DNA of 64,000 bases from Hypanus sabinus (taxonomy: Eukaryota). The stretch lies in the NCBI RefSeq assembly GCF_030144855.1, contig NC_082721.1, positions 43,152,001-43,216,000 on the forward strand. The letters run 5' to 3'. The notes below the pieces were generated by a model, which saw only the letters and a list, made by a program, of their open reading frames with translations, was not told the DNA's origin and made no database searches. Position 1 is the stretch's first letter, and each line of letters opens with the position of its first letter. This document shows positions 48,041-62,399 of the stretch, piece by piece. A program made the position numbers and the translations under genes.

Positions 48041-48137
48041 GGGTGACTGGCAAGGACCAACCTGAGCGGGGATCGGAAACCCTCCCATATGCTGTCACAT
48101 ACCATCGATTTGAGGCGGAGACATTGTTAGCAACTGA

Positions 48138-48620
48138 CTCAAGTCAAGTCACTTTTTATTGTCATTTCCACCATAACTGCTGGTAAAGTGCACAGTAAAA
48201 ACAGGACAACGTTTTTTAGGACCATGGTGCTAAATGAAACAGTACAAAAACTACACTGAACTACGTGAAAGCGACACAGAATAAAAAAAACTGCTCTAGA
48301 CTACAGACCTACCCAGGACTGCATAGAGTGCACAAAACAGTGCAGGCATTACAATAAATAATAAACAAGACAATAGGCACAGTAGAGGACAGTAAGTTGG
48401 TGTCAGTCCAGGTTCAGGATATTGAGCAGTCTGATAGCTTTGGGGAAGAAACTGTTATATAGTCTGGTTGTGAGAGATCGAATGCTTCGGTGCCTTTTCC
48501 CAGATGGCAGGAGGGAGAAGAGTTTGTCTGAGGGGTGCGTGGGGTCCTTCATAATGCTGTTTGCCTTGCAGATGTAGCGTGTAGTGTAAATGTCCATAAT
48601 GGCGGGAGGAGAAACTGATC
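48138..48620 (-). mobile_element. Rex1-like LINE 3' end
   Basis: 'KANSIMKDPTHPSDKLFSLLPSGKRHRSIRSLTTRLYNSFFPKAIRLLN' plus 3' UTR. Confidence 0.8.
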
Positions 48621-48876
48621 TGTTAAAAATAATTTGCGAATGAAAGAGACATTCATTGTCTGACATTTTCCACACTCTTCCACAAACTTTACAAACTTTA
48701 CAACTCCTCCCTCAGAGTGTCAGATACCCTGAGCCAATAGGCTGGTCCTGGACTACTTTCCACTTGGCATAAATTACTTATTATTATTAAATTATTTATG
48801 GTTTTTATATTGCTATATTTCTACACTACTCTTGGTGCAACTGCAACAAAACGCAGTTTCCCTCGGGATCAATAAA

Positions 48877-48948
<72 letters not shown>
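48877..48948 (+). repeat. (GTCT)18 microsatellite, tail of a plus-strand LINE end (~48700-48948)
   Basis: Perfect tetramer array immediately after GGGATCAATAAA. Confidence 0.95.
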
Positions 48949-49017
48949 TCATTTCCCTGATTTATTCCTTTGGTCCACAGATGCCCCTCACACCTCCAGT
49001 GACAACAGGGCAGGACA

Positions 49018-49155
49018 GTGCAGACTGTTGAAGGGTCTTGGCCCGAAACGTTGACAGTACTGTTTTCCATTGATGCTGCCTGGCCTGCTGAGTTCCTCCA
49101 ACACTTCACGTGTGTTGCTTGGATTTCCAGCATCTGCAGATCTTTTCTTGTTTGT
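49018..49155 (+). mobile_element. Penelope-like terminal repeat relic with a degenerate hammerhead motif
   Basis: CTGTTGA-AGGGTCTTGGCCC-GAAACGTT followed by GATGCTGCCTGGCCTGCTGAGTTCCTCCA. Confidence 0.65.
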
Positions 49156-50799
49156 GATAGAGCAGTGCAGGCTTCCTGTTCCCACATCAGTCATTCAGTC
49201 ATGAAGTTCAAACCCTTTTTGGCAGTTTGAGGGTTTGAATTCATTCTAAATGTGGGTACCAAACAATGACGCTGGAGGAGCTGACTGGCTCCATTCTTTC
49301 TTTTGAATCGAACAAAACTCCTGGAATTGATGGCTTACAGTTCTCAGCTCTCAAAGACCTTTCCAAGTGAAGTCACATCAAATGGAATGAAGTTTAATTA
49401 TCATTCAAATGATACATGGAGATAGTCTAATGAGACAGCATTATTCTGGGGCCAAGGTGCATAACATACCTTCAAAATAGCAAGAGAGGGAGAAAGAGGG
49501 TGAGAGAGAAAGAGAGAGAGTGCCTACAACCGAGGCCATGCTGCTGCCTCGTCACCCATTATACACCAAGCAAGGGAAACAGGACTGTCGCATCTCACAT
49601 TATCGATGTCTAACTAGATCTTGTGTTCACAAGAGAAACGTCCAAGACAGTCTCTCACAGTTACAGAGCACTCCGCTTTTGCACATCAACTCCCATCCCT
49701 TCGACTCAGTCTGTACTCAGGCAAGCTCCTCCGAATATTCTCCAGCCCATCTGCCGGCCTCTCCTCTGAGCCGAGCTGGGCACTGGCTCCTTTGACCTCC
49801 TACGGTGGCTACGAACATTGTGGTAGACCCACTGTGTCCATAGTCCTTGGAGTGCAGTATATTCTTATGATCATTGAAAAAATCACACATTTTAAAAAGA
49901 AAAGTGCACCTTTGGTTGGCCACTGCATTAGACCACGCCACCATCTTACCAGCAGACACAATGTTGGAAATGCACAATGCGATGCTTCTATCTGTCGCAT
50001 GTCAGACTCCATGAGGAATGGAATCCAGAACTCTACAGCCTAACAGCGAGACAAGTTTACTTTCAAACTTTATACTTTTAAAGTATGACCAAAAGTAAAA
50101 TACTGCTTCTGCTGTCAATCTGAAATTAAACCAGAGACACAACAATTCTGACAGTGCCCACTGGAGAAAAAAATACAGGGTTAACATATCTGACTTTCAC
50201 AAGAGACAATGATATCTAGTTTTATATTTAATTGTTCTATTGGAAATGTAGTTACCATATAGTTCTGGCCATGTGAAATGACGTAGATATGGAGAACATA
50301 TCTACCCAATGGGAATTGATTTCTAAACAGAGCTTTCTGATGAATGTATTCACAACATTTTGCCGTAAAGGCTGTTTGTTTGTGTGTCTTTTGAAGGATT
50401 GCATATTTTTCTTTCAGTCACTTCGTGAAAACATTCAGTAATAAAAAAAAACACTTCAAACCATGTTTGTCAGCACTTTACAATAGTGTTGATTTCGTGC
50501 TTTGTATAATATTTTATTTCTCATTGATAAATCCAGAAAATACCATACAATTGGAGAAGAATTGGTTTATCCAGCTATAAGGGAGGTTCTGAATACAATT
50601 TTGCATAAGTCAGCTGATCAAATAATTAAAGTATTGCCGCTCAGCAACAACACTGTTAAAAGATGAATAAATGATATATATATGAGAACAGGGAAGACAC
50701 ATTATACAATGGAATTTACTCCCTTTTCTTGTTTGTGTGCTGTATAGGACCCTTTGACAAAGCCATCAGAAAGATAAGAGCATAACATGTGTGACCTTG

Positions 50800-53700
50800 A
50801 CATACAATGGAGGGACCCAAGTCAAACTTTCCCTATACATGGATGACATTACCATCTTTCACTCAGATGTGAAGTCGATTCTCAAATTCATCAGTATGGC
50901 TAAGCAGTCAGGCTGAAAATTCAAACAGGACACCAACCTGGTTGTCAGTTGCCATGTTCTTTGGCAACTGGTCCACCCAATCCAATGTCTCCTTCATCAT
51001 CAGGTCTGATTATGTGAGGGTGCTGGGGTTCTGATTCTGAGGGGTCAAAGGATTACATAAGAATTGATTGAAGTGGATTGGGAGGGTTAAGCGTGACTGT
51101 GGGGAGGATGCTCCTATCATTAAGTGGGAAGAACTAGCCTTCAAGTGTGATGTTATCTCAGGGCTGCTGTACTTGGTGCAGGTGTGGCTAATCCTCCAGC
51201 ACCTCTAACTTGGGAATGGCCTGGACTGTCCTTTGGTTCAGCTGGGAATCCAAGATGGAGCGAATAAGACTAGTTACAATGAGCATGTCTTTGTACAATC
51301 AAGGCAAAATCATTAAAATGCCACATTTACCCTGCTGAGCACATCAATGTGTCATTACTTCAGACTATGTGTGGAACCTAAGCATGTGGGCATCAAGTAC
51401 CATTATTGAGGTTCCTGCACTTGGAAATGGGACGAATGTTTTGGATTTTTTTGGTCTTTTTTTTAATTATATATTGTAGTGTCTATTAAATCTTTTTTTA
51501 ATCCTATTTTGATAACTTTTTTTTATTAAATTTTTAATAGATCGTTGAACTTACGTTTATATTTTGTAATATGGCTTTTTCAAAATATCGTTTCTTCTTC
51601 CAATAAGTCTTTGCTTTTGAAACGTCATTTTTCTTGTATCTGAACATGGAATTTTTTTAAAGGTATATTACACTTTCAAATTTTAATGTTTATACTTTTT
51701 TTTTATTAATGATCGTTTGTTTTATTATATTATTTTTTCTATTCAGATTGATATACATTTTCTCTTTACAACCCTATATTTAAATCTGGGTGTTATATAG
51801 TTTTTTTAAATCTTTTCATGGAGCTGCCATCTTGAAATGGGGTTAATATTAGTGTTAGTTTATGCGCCTGCCGCTTGGCTTTTTTTCGAGGGGTGGGGGG
51901 AGTGGGTAGGGATCTTTTTTCACGCTTTTGATTTTTATTTTTTTGCTTTTAGTTTATGGGCCGACTTTAAATTATTAATATTGTTGAAGTGTCATGTTCT
52001 CCAGTTGCTCCTGTACCATTTTTCCTTCTTCCTGAATTATGGGTTATGTGTTTTTTTCAACCTTTCATGGTATATACAATTAATATTAGCATGATGGATA
52101 AGGCTATTAATTTTATTTCTTGGAATACTAATGGCTTAAATCATCCGAATAAACGTAAAAAATATTTAAAGTATTCCATAGACTAAATGCTGATATTATC
52201 TTTGTACAGGAGACCCATATTAGAAGGGAGGATATTCAATGATTTTTTAGGTTCTGGAAGGGTCAACAATTTCATTCGAATTGTACTGCTAACATTAGGG
52301 GTGTGTCTATTTTTATAGACCCCTCAATCTCGTTTATACATCATGAAATTATATCTGATCCACAGGGCAGATTTTTGTTGATTACTGTTTCACAAAAGTG
52401 GCTTTAGTTAATATTTACGCTCCAAACTTTGACTGCCCTGAATTTTTTAAACGTTCATTTACTACCTTTCCTAATCTAAATGAATATATGTTGATAATGG
52501 GTGGAGATTTCAATTGTTGTTTGAATCCTTCGATGGATAGATCTAAACCTATTCGAACTCTTCCGAATAGATCAGCTTTACTTATTAACTCTTTTATGGT
52601 CGATTCGGGAATTACTGAAATATGGCGGTTTTTGAAACCTAAAGATAAAGAATTTTCGTTTTTTTCACATGTATATCATACTTATTCTAGAATTGATTAT
52701 TTTCTTATTGATCATCGTTTATTAGCAGATGTTATTGACTGTAAATATGATTCTATTGCTATTTCGGATCATGCACCTTTGAAGTTATCTAGCAAGATTT
52801 CGGACTCTTTCATTAATACTAGATCTTGGAGACTCAACGCTACTTTGTTTCAAGATCCAGAATTTATTACCTTCATAAAACAGCAAATTGACTTATTTTT
52901 TTCAACAAACTATACTGAAGAGATTGACAGAGGAATACTTTGGGACTCTTTTAAGGCTTTTATTCATGGACAAATTATCTCATATTCTGCTGGTAAAAGA
53001 AAACAAAGATATTTAGATATAGCTTTATTGGTGGATAAAATTAAAGAAATTGATAAGATTTATTCCGTTACTCCTACCAAGGAACTTTATAAGAAGAGAG
53101 TTGAACTGCAAATGGAACATAGCTTACTGTTATCTTCTTAAATTGAGAATCAATTAATTAGGACCAGGGTTCAATTTTATATCCATAGTGATCGAACTGG
53201 TAAATTGTTAGCTAATCAATTAAAAGCTATTTCGACTAAGTGACAAATTATTAAAATTTGTAAACAAGATGGTAATCTGACTACGGATCATAAAGAAATT
53301 AATAATACCTTCCAAGATTTTTATAAATCTTTATATCAATCAGAATTTGATGGTGATCTGTCTATGATGGATAATTTTTTTAACAATTTGAATATTCCCA
53401 AATTGACAGATGAAGATCGAAGTTTATTTGATGCTCCTGTTTCTATGGCTGAGGTAGGAGAGGTTATTTCATCGATGAATTCAGGGAAAGCTCCTGGCCC
53501 TGATGGTTATATTATAGAATTTTTAAAAACTTTTTCTTCTTTGCTTTCCCCTTGGTTATGTGAAATCTTTAATGATGCATTTATTAAGAAGAGACTACCC
53601 CAGTCCTTTTATGAAGCTACTATCTCTTTAATTTTTAAAAAAGATAAAGACCCTACTTTATGTGCATCTTATCGCCCTATATCGTTATTAAATGTAGACT

Positions 53701-56150
53701 CTAAGATTCTTACAAAAATTTTAGCTATTAGGTTAGAAAAGGTACTATCACAGATTATTTCAGGAAATCAAACTGGTTTCATTAGGAATCGATACTCCTT
53801 TTTTAATGTTAGAAAATTAATTAATATAATTTACACTTCCTCACCCACAACCCCAGAATGTGTTATTTCATTAGATGCTGAAAAAGCTTTTGATGGAGTT
53901 GAATGGACATACTTACTTAATGCCCTGAAGAATTTTAATTTTAGTTCTAATTTTATATCATGGATTAAATTAATATATTATAAACCTGTTGCTTCTGTTC
54001 TTACGAATAATTATAGATCCTCTTTTTTTCAATTATCTCGTGGTACGAGACAAGGTTGTCCCTTAAGCCCTTTATTATTTAATATTGCATTAGAACCTTT
54101 AGCCATTGCTATTCGTGAATCCCCTAATATTTCTGGTATTACCCGTAATGAGAAATTATACAAGTTATCGCTCTATGCTGATGACTTGTTGTTATATATT
54201 TCTGATCCTGATAATTCTATTCCCGCTATTCTATCCTTGTTGGCTCAATTTGGTAGTTTTTCTGGTTACAAATTAAATTTGGATAAGAGTGAACTTTTCC
54301 CTTTAAATGCACAAACTTTATTGAATGACAGGATACCATTTAAAATTGTTACTGATAATTTTATTTATTTAGGTATAAAAATCACCAAGAAATATAAAGA
54401 TTTATTCAGATTGAATTTTTTACCTATGCTTCATCAAGTTCAACAACTTACTACTAGATGGTCTCCTTTATCCTTATCTTTGGTTGGTCGGATCAATGCT
54501 GTTAAAATGATGATTTTACCGAAATTTTTATATTTATTTCAAGCCTTACCAATTTTTATTCCTAAGTCTTTTTTTGATAGCATTGATTCAAAAATTTCCT
54601 CATTTGTGTGGCAAAATAAAAACCCCAGATTAAGTAAAAGACAGTTACAGAAATCTAAAAAAGATGGTGGTTTAGCTTTACCCAATTTTAGATTTTACTA
54701 TTGGGTGAATAATATTCGGAATTTATTATACTGGAAATTAGATTTAGATTTACCATTGTGCCCACAGTGGGTAAATTTAGAATGTAACGCTACACAAGGA
54801 TATTCTTTATTTTCTGTTCTTGTCTCTTCTCTCCCTGTCGACTTAGCTAAACTTAATAAACAGATATCTAACCCTATTGTCAAACATACATTACGAATTT
54901 GGTTTCAATTTCGTAAATTTTTTACTCTAAAAAACTTCGTTCTTGATAGCCCTATCTTACTTAATTTTTTCTTTAAACCCTCTTTAACAGATCAAGCTTT
55001 TAGTATATGGAAAAGGAAAGGTATAATATGTTTTCGTGATCTTTTTTCTGAAGGTAGTTTGATGTCTTTTGATCAACTTTCTAACAAATTTAAATGACCT
55101 AAATCTAATTTTTTTAGATACTTACAAATTAGAAACTTTTTGTATAAAGTTTTACCATCCTTCCCTAATTCAACTTTAATAGATTTTTTAGATATGATTT
55201 TTACTTTAAATCCCTGTCAGAAGAGATTAGTGGCTCTTACTTATAATATGATTATGAAGATACAACCAGAGATATCAGGTAGAATTAAACAGGAATGGGA
55301 AAAAGAACTTCAATACAATATTTCAACAGAAAAATGGGAAACATTTTTACAAATGGTTAATTCTTCTTCTATATGTGCTAAACATGCTTTAATACAATTT
55401 AAGGTTGTACATAGAGCTCATAGGTCTAAAGATAAGCTTGCTCGGTTTTATTCTCATGTTAATCCTCAATCTTGCTTAAGTTTAGAAAAAATTAGAAGTA
55501 CTATTTTTGATTCATCAGTTAAATTTGAAGAAACTTGGAGACCGTTCATTCGACACTTTCACATGAATTAATTTGACTTCTTCCAGACCTTTACTCTTAT
55601 TATTCTTGTTCTGGTATGGAGTTCCGGAGGTTTTTGACACTATCATATACTTATAAACTATTATTATTGCCCATGTTAGTTTAGGTTTATTTTTTTATTA
55701 TTTCTTTAAATATACATTTTTTCTTATATTTTACATTTCTTTTCTTTTTCTTTTGACGATTATTTTTAATCTTTTCATGTATAATCAATATAGATTAGAT
55801 TGATATTGTATGATCCTTTTTCGCTGATAGTTTAATAAGATATTGTTATCTTGTTATTAACTCAATTTCTAATCTATTGTATTCATAGCTTATGTAATAT
55901 AATATTATGTTAAGTTTTTTTTTAAAAAAACTAATAAAAAGATTGAAAAAAGAAAAGAAAAGAGGTTCTATCTGTCTCTGGTGTTGAGAGGGATGGGTCT
56001 GGCCCCGTTGCATGCAGTTGGCTGGATGTTTGGTGCAGCCATTTATAAGGGCTCAGAGGGGAAGGACCACATAGAAAGGTTCTTCAGCTACAGGATAAGG
56101 AGTGGCTGGATTTGGTGAAGAAGCCCTTGAGTTGTTGTACTAAGGATAGC
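50800..56150 (+). mobile_element. Old Tx1/L1-like relic (50800-51414 and 55962-56150) that hosts the L1 insertion
   Basis: 'VKLSLYMDDITIF' at ~50820-50860. Sequence reads through across the TSD. Confidence 0.55.
51415..55961 (+). mobile_element. 5'-truncated L1-clade LINE, sibling of the 27.4-kb copy
   Basis: Starts in the inter-ORF spacer. Candidate 7-bp TSD GAGGTTC at 51408-51414 and 55962-55968. ORF2 pieces 52398-53141, 53364-55097 and 55140-55571 are highly similar to 29652-33224. Same AATAAAAAGATTGAAAAA tail. Confidence 0.93.
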
Positions 56151-57299
56151 ACACAATGGGGGGGGGGGGGGAAATTAAGCAGCAACAGTATTATTGACTT
56201 TATTATGATTAACTTTTTTTATTATGAATAAGGTTTATTTTGGAATAAAAATGCTTTGAGTACCATCCTTACTGACAATGTCCATCTTCAGTCACACACC
56301 CTGCCCTCTGCAGTGGCCTTGCAACACAGTCCATTGTTTGCAGCCACCTGTTGGAGGCCTTCACCCATCGTCTTCACTGGGTACCATTGGATGGGTAACA
56401 AATTTCAGCTTTGCCAGTGACAGCCACATATCAAGAATGTGGAATATCTGAGGTTGACCTAAGTCCCAGGGTCTGGAACAATGCTCTTGGAGGACAGGGA
56501 GCCCAGGTGACACTGTACCAGTGAGTTTATACATGCATACATCTTCTTAAACACCCAGGAAATTAGATGTCTGTTGAGTAAGTCAGGTCATACATCAGTC
56601 AGAATGTGCGCATGCAATGTCAGAACCCAAGTGCAGAGGGAAGATAGAGTCCAACGTAGAGATGACAACCTGAGTTTATTCATAAGAATTCCAACAGAAC
56701 ATCAGTGACTTGGCCAAGCGACACAGCGAGACTTAACATTCTCAAAACTAGGACCCTGCGATTGGCACTAATTGGGTCACCGCTTAAATATTACAAGTAA
56801 CATGGAGTTCCTGAGTCTCTCAAAGTTAAGTTTAACATGTTTGAAAATGAAATACCCAGAGTTTGCATGACAAAGACTGAGTCACTCAAAAAAAACCTAA
56901 GGAAAACAATTAAGAAAAATTAACCAATTAAGGTGCTCTTAGAAATCTCAGAGCCCGATTCTCTCCAGCTTGCCAGACAAGACCAAATACCTCTTTACAA
57001 AGACATATTATAGTGATGGTATTTCAAGTGTAGCTTTTCCTTGTTAGTAGAGGCAGTCTGGTAAAAACAGCTCTGGCAGGGAATCTTAGAGCAATGGCAA
57101 TGGACACTATGAACAATGTGAGGCCTCAGGAGAATTCCTGTTTTCTGGACAATGACAGGTACAGGAATTATTTTTTGCTAAAGATGCACATCCTCTGAAT
57201 TTGGAGCTTGGGCAATAATAATCCATCCACAAGGCTGAATGTTTCATGTGCAGTAGGCTTTAGGAGGTGGTCATCCTGTAGCTAAAGTGAGTGCATGCA

Positions 57300-59900
57300 G
57301 AAGGGAGACTAGGAGATCACCAGGCAGACTGGTGCAGGGAGATAGATCAGCAGGACTCCCTGCTCTCTAACTGTATGATATTCAGATATTGGCATGTGGC
57401 AAAAGTAATGTTGCAGTAGTTATGTGGGATTTCTACATGCAGGTGAACTGGGAGAATCAGGTTGGTGCTGGACCACAGGATAGGGAGTTTGTAGAGTGCC
57501 TACGGGATGCATTCTTGGAACAGCTTGTTCGAGAGCTGACCAGGGACAAGACTATTCTGGATTTGGTGTTATGTAATGAACAGGATTTGATAAGCGATCT
57601 TGCAGTAAAGGAGCCATTAGGAGATAGTGATCATAATATGGTAAGTTTTTATCTGCAATTTGAGAAGGATAAGGGCAGCTCAGAGCTGTCAGTGTTGCAG
57701 TTGAACAGAGGAAACTATGGAGCCATGAGGGAGGAGCTGGCCAAAGTTTACTGGACGGATAGCCTAGCAGAAAAAACAGTGGAACAGCAATGGCAGGTAT
57801 TCTTGGGAATAATGCAAAAGGTGCAAAATCAGTTCATCCCCTGGAGAAGGAAGGATTCAACGGGGGGAAAGTGGCCACAGTGGTTGACAAAAGAAGTCAG
57901 AGATTGCATAGCATTAAAAAAAAAAGAAGTATGACAGAGCTAAGATGAGTGGGAGGACAGATGATTGGGAATTTTTTAAGGAACAACCAAACTTAACTAA
58001 AAAGGCAATACGAGGAGAAAAAATGAGGTACGAATGCAAGCTAGCCTGGAATATAAAGGAAGATAGCAAAAGCTGTTTTAGGTACGTGAAGAGAAAGAAG
58101 ATAGTTAAGAACACTGTTGGGCCCTTGAAGAATGAATTGGGTGAAATTGTTATGGGAAACAGAGAAATGACAGAAGAATTTAATGAGTACTTTAGATCTG
58201 TTTTCACTAAGGAAGACACAAGCAATCTCCCAGATGTATGGATGGGCCAAGGACATAGGGTAACAGAGGAAATGACACAGATTGACATTAAGAAGGAAAC
58301 AGTGATGAGTAGACTGGTGGGACTGAAGGCTGACAAATCCCCAGGTCCAGATGGTCTGCATCCTAGGGATTTAAAGGAGGTGGCCCTGGAAATTGCGGAT
58401 GCATTGGTACTCATTTTCCAATGTTCCTTAGATTCAGGATCAGTTCCTGAGGATTGGAGAATGGCTAATGTTGTCCCACTTTTTAAGAAAGGAGGGAGGG
58501 AGAAAACAGAGAACTATCGACCTGTCAGCCTGACATCGGTGGTGGGGAAGATGCCAGAGTCCATTATTAAGGATGAAATAGTGGCATATCTAGATAGCAA
58601 TGATAGGATTGGGCCGAGCCAGCATGGATTTACCAAGGGTAAATCATGCTTGACTAATCTGTTGGAGTTTTTCGAGGATGTAACCAGGAAGTTAGACGGG
58701 GGAGATCTAGTAGATGTAGTGTATCCTCGATTTTCAGAAGGTATTTGATAAGGTCCCACATAGGAGATTGGAGGGTAAAATCAAAGCTCAGGGCATCGGG
58801 GGGAAGACATTGACATGGATAGAAAACTGGTTGGCAGATAGACAGCAAAGGGTAGCGGTGAATGGGTGTTTCTCAGAATGGCAGATGGTGACTAGTGGGG
58901 TCCCACAGGGCTCAGTATTGGGACCACAGCTGTTTACCATTTATGTCAATGATTTAGATGAAGGCATTGAGAATAACATCAGCAAATTTGCTGGTGATAC
59001 TAAGCTGAGGCAGTATGACATGTGATGAGGATGTTAGGAGAACTCAAGATGACTTGGATAGGCTGGGTGAGTGGGCAGATACTTGGCAGATGACGTTTAA
59101 TGTGAATGTGTGAGGTTATCCACTTTGGGAGTAAGAACAGGAAGGCCGATTATTATCTGAATGGTGTAGAGTTAGGTAAGGGAGAAATACAAAGAGATCT
59201 AGGAGTGCTTGTTCATCAGTCACTGAAGGTGAATGGGCAGCAGGCAGTGAAGAAGGCTATTGGAATGTTGGCCTTTATTACAAAGGGAATTGAGTAGAAG
59301 AGCAAGGAAATCCTCTTGCATTTGTACAGAGCCCTAGTGAGACCACACCTGGAGTATTGTGTACAGTTTTGGTCTCCAGGGTTAAGGAAGGACATCCTGG
59401 CTGTAGAGGAAGCGCAGCGTAGATTCACTAGGTTAATTCCTGGGATGTCTGGACTGTCTTATGCAGTGAGGTTAGAGAGACTGGGCTTGTACAGGCTGGA
59501 ATTAAGGAGATTGAGAGGTGATCCAATTGAAACATATAAGATTATTAAGGGATTGGACAAGATAGAGGCAGGAAATATGTTCCAGATGCTGGGAGAGTCC
59601 AGTACCAGAGAGCATGGTTTGAGAATAAGGGGTAGGTCATTTAGGACAGAGTTACGGAAAAACTTCTTCTCCCAGAGAGTTGTGGGGGTCTGGAATGCAC
59701 TGCCTTGGAAGGTAGTGGAGGCCAATTCTCTGGATGCTTTCAAGAAGGAGCTAGATAGGTATCTTATGGATAGGGGAATCAAGGGATATTGGGACAAGGC
59801 AGGAACTGGGTATTGATAGTAGATGATCAGCCATGATCCCAAAATGGCAGTGCAGTCTCAAAGGGCTGAATGGTCTACTTCTGCACCTATTGTCTACTGT
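57300..59900 (+). mobile_element. CR1 LINE with internal deletion, same subfamily as the 5.8 and 7.0 kb copies
   Basis: Endonuclease C-terminus 'TILDLVLCNE...GDSDHN', RT 'KSPGPDGLHP...SCLTNLLEFF...SKFAGDTK' and a CTATTGT tail. Confidence 0.92.
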
Positions 59901-62399
59901 CAGAGTACTAAATGGGAATAGTCATCTTCTAGGGACAGAGGCATGGCCAGACAAATGAGTTCATTGTGCAGGCAGAGGAACAGGAAGAGGAATGTTTCTT
60001 AATTTGTGGAGCAGAATATCAAACTTTTCATCAAAGGAATTGGCCATTTGGCCCATGTGCCAATCATGGTCAAATTAAACTAAACCAGGCTGCTTCCACA
60101 ACGTCTATATCCCTGCTATATTACTTTGGCTACTGCAATTTCCTTCCACATCTCAGCTGGGGAATTTTGAACTTTATTTGCTGCAGGTAAGATAGCAGAT
60201 GACTGGAGAATAACAAAGGTTGTCCTATTATTCAAAAGGGCATCAGGTATAAACCAGCTAATGATGGGCCATGATTCTTAAATCAGTGGAAGGGCATTAT
60301 TGTAAAAATCCCAAGATAGGATATATTTATACTTGGAAAGGCTGAGATTAATCTAGGTATATTCAGCATAGCTATATTTGTGAGAAAGTCTGTCTCAATA
60401 ATTGAATTTTCAGCTATAATCGGAGATTGGATCAACTGAGTTTGCGTCTTGGCAACTTGGAGAAGCCAAGGTGTGAGTTGATGGAAATATATGAGATTAT
60501 GAGGAAGATAGAGGGTAGACATTAAGGATATTTTTCTAGTGGAGGGATGGCCTTAAACTGGTGAGGTAGGACATTCAGAGAAATCCTGAGGGGGATCATT
60601 CCATTTAGAGAATGGTGTGAAACTTTAACATCATTTGAGAGGAGTTGGTAGATGAAGGTAGTCTCAACAAACACTTAAGTTACAGAGATGATAATAGGCC
60701 AAACACGAGTTCATATCTACATCCAGTAAGACCTGGACAACATTCAGGAATGGGCTCATAAGGGGTAAATAATATTCATATGATAGATATGCTGGACTGG
60801 CCTCATGTTCAAGAGGAATGTGTCAAGCTACCCACCCACTGCATTCAGCACCATACCACCATGATACTTTGCCACTATTTATAATATCTAAGACAAGGAC
60901 ATAATGGAATACTCTCCACTTTTGAAGAAGAGTACAGCTCCAAAAACATCTTGGAAGCTCAAAACTATCTAGGAGAATGCAGCCCAATTTCCACCACCCA
61001 ATTTCCACTGCCATTGACATTCATTTACTCCACCATGGATGGTCCCCAGCCCAGCTGAAAGAGGAGGAGTGTTGGACATGGGACAAGCAATGCATCCTGT
61101 AGAAACCAAGAGCTACTGAAATGCTAAGAGAAGCTTCAAAGAGCCCCTCCCTGAGAGAGGATGGGTCTTTGAATATGCACTACACCTGTGAACAACTAGA
61201 AAGAATGGGCCAGGACAGAGGACTCTGACCTGTGGCTGATGCTCCAGGAGGGTGATAGCCTTTAACAAACACCAATATTCATTCTATCCACCAGAGGTGT
61301 ACAATGAATTCAGTGTGGTCCACTTATAAAATGTCCTGCTTTTACTTCCCGATGTTACCCTAACAACTCCTTCCAAACCTTTCAGCTCAGCAGCAAGTAC
61401 CCATGTCGGAATAAGCAGGAGGTGTCCCCTGCAAGTTCACTTCCAAGTTACAAACTATCCTGACTGGGAAATATCTAGCAAATAGTTAAAAATATCTAGT
61501 CTTGGACCTCAGAAAATTTTCTATAAGTGCACTGTGTTAAGGAGTTTCCTGAATATTTAGCCATTGGGAAAAAGTAGCAAAAACATGAAGAGTTTGAGTT
61601 AAAAAAATGTGTGCTGTGTGGCCACCCATGAGTTTACTTGAGTTTTATCTATCTCTATCTCACAGCCAAGATATTAGTGCAGGGAGATTCAATTATTATA
61701 TTGAACCAGGAGCCAGTTAAATATCTGAAACTGCTGAAATATGGGGAGAAAGGCTGGGGCATGTAATATTTTTAATATCGCGCTGGTCTGAGATGAACAG
61801 GCCAAATGGCCTCACTTTCTGAGGGAACCATTTTTATTCACCATTATCTACCCTCTTATGATGACCTGTGAGTCTGAGACAGTAATTTTAGTTCTGGCAT
61901 GTCCCAAGTAAAACCTTCTTGTTTTTGTGCAGTTCATAAAGCTGATAATTGACAAATTTTTATTTGTCAACAGTTTCTTCACTTGTTTCTGTACTCCCCA
62001 GCCACTGAGATTAAATGACAGCATCCATCTCCAATATAGTACAACTTCCTTTGTAACTCTGGTGAGATCTGGAGATAATATTGTCCAGAAGGTTCTTCAG
62101 GAGTCAAAAGGAGTTGCCAGATTTTTGGTTACTGCTGTTTTATCATAGCAGAGGTCAGATAAGTCCAGCCTGTACGAGCAAAACAAAGCAGAAAAATCAC
62201 AAAGGAATATGAGCAAATACTTCACTTTCATATTGGAAAACCAGTTGGACTGCTCCCTGATAAGAAACCCAAGAACAGTGACTGATTCACACAGCAGTCT
62301 GGTAAATATACAGTAGAAAAGGATATACCCCTGGTTGCTAAACATCTACAGATAAATAGATTCAAGATTCAAGGCTGTTCAATTTCATTTTCAGCCACT

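Noticed and set aside
48813-49187. ORF with DRQT repeats
   Set aside because: Translation of the (GTCT)n microsatellite and a Penelope-like tail.
49201-49244. 10-bp hairpin TTCAAACCCT/AGGGTTTGAA (also 9-bp hairpins at 50283-50305 and ~61950-61971)
   Set aside because: A few 9-10 bp inverted repeats are expected by chance in 64 kb of AT-rich DNA.
56157-56171. Poly-G run as a G4 or regulatory element
   Set aside because: An isolated homopolymer at a repeat tail, possibly of uncertain length in the assembly.
61900-62345. Possible minus-strand exon (…PGVYPFLLYIYQ…)
   Set aside because: At least seven stops in about 120 codons, no clear donor and no recognised homology.
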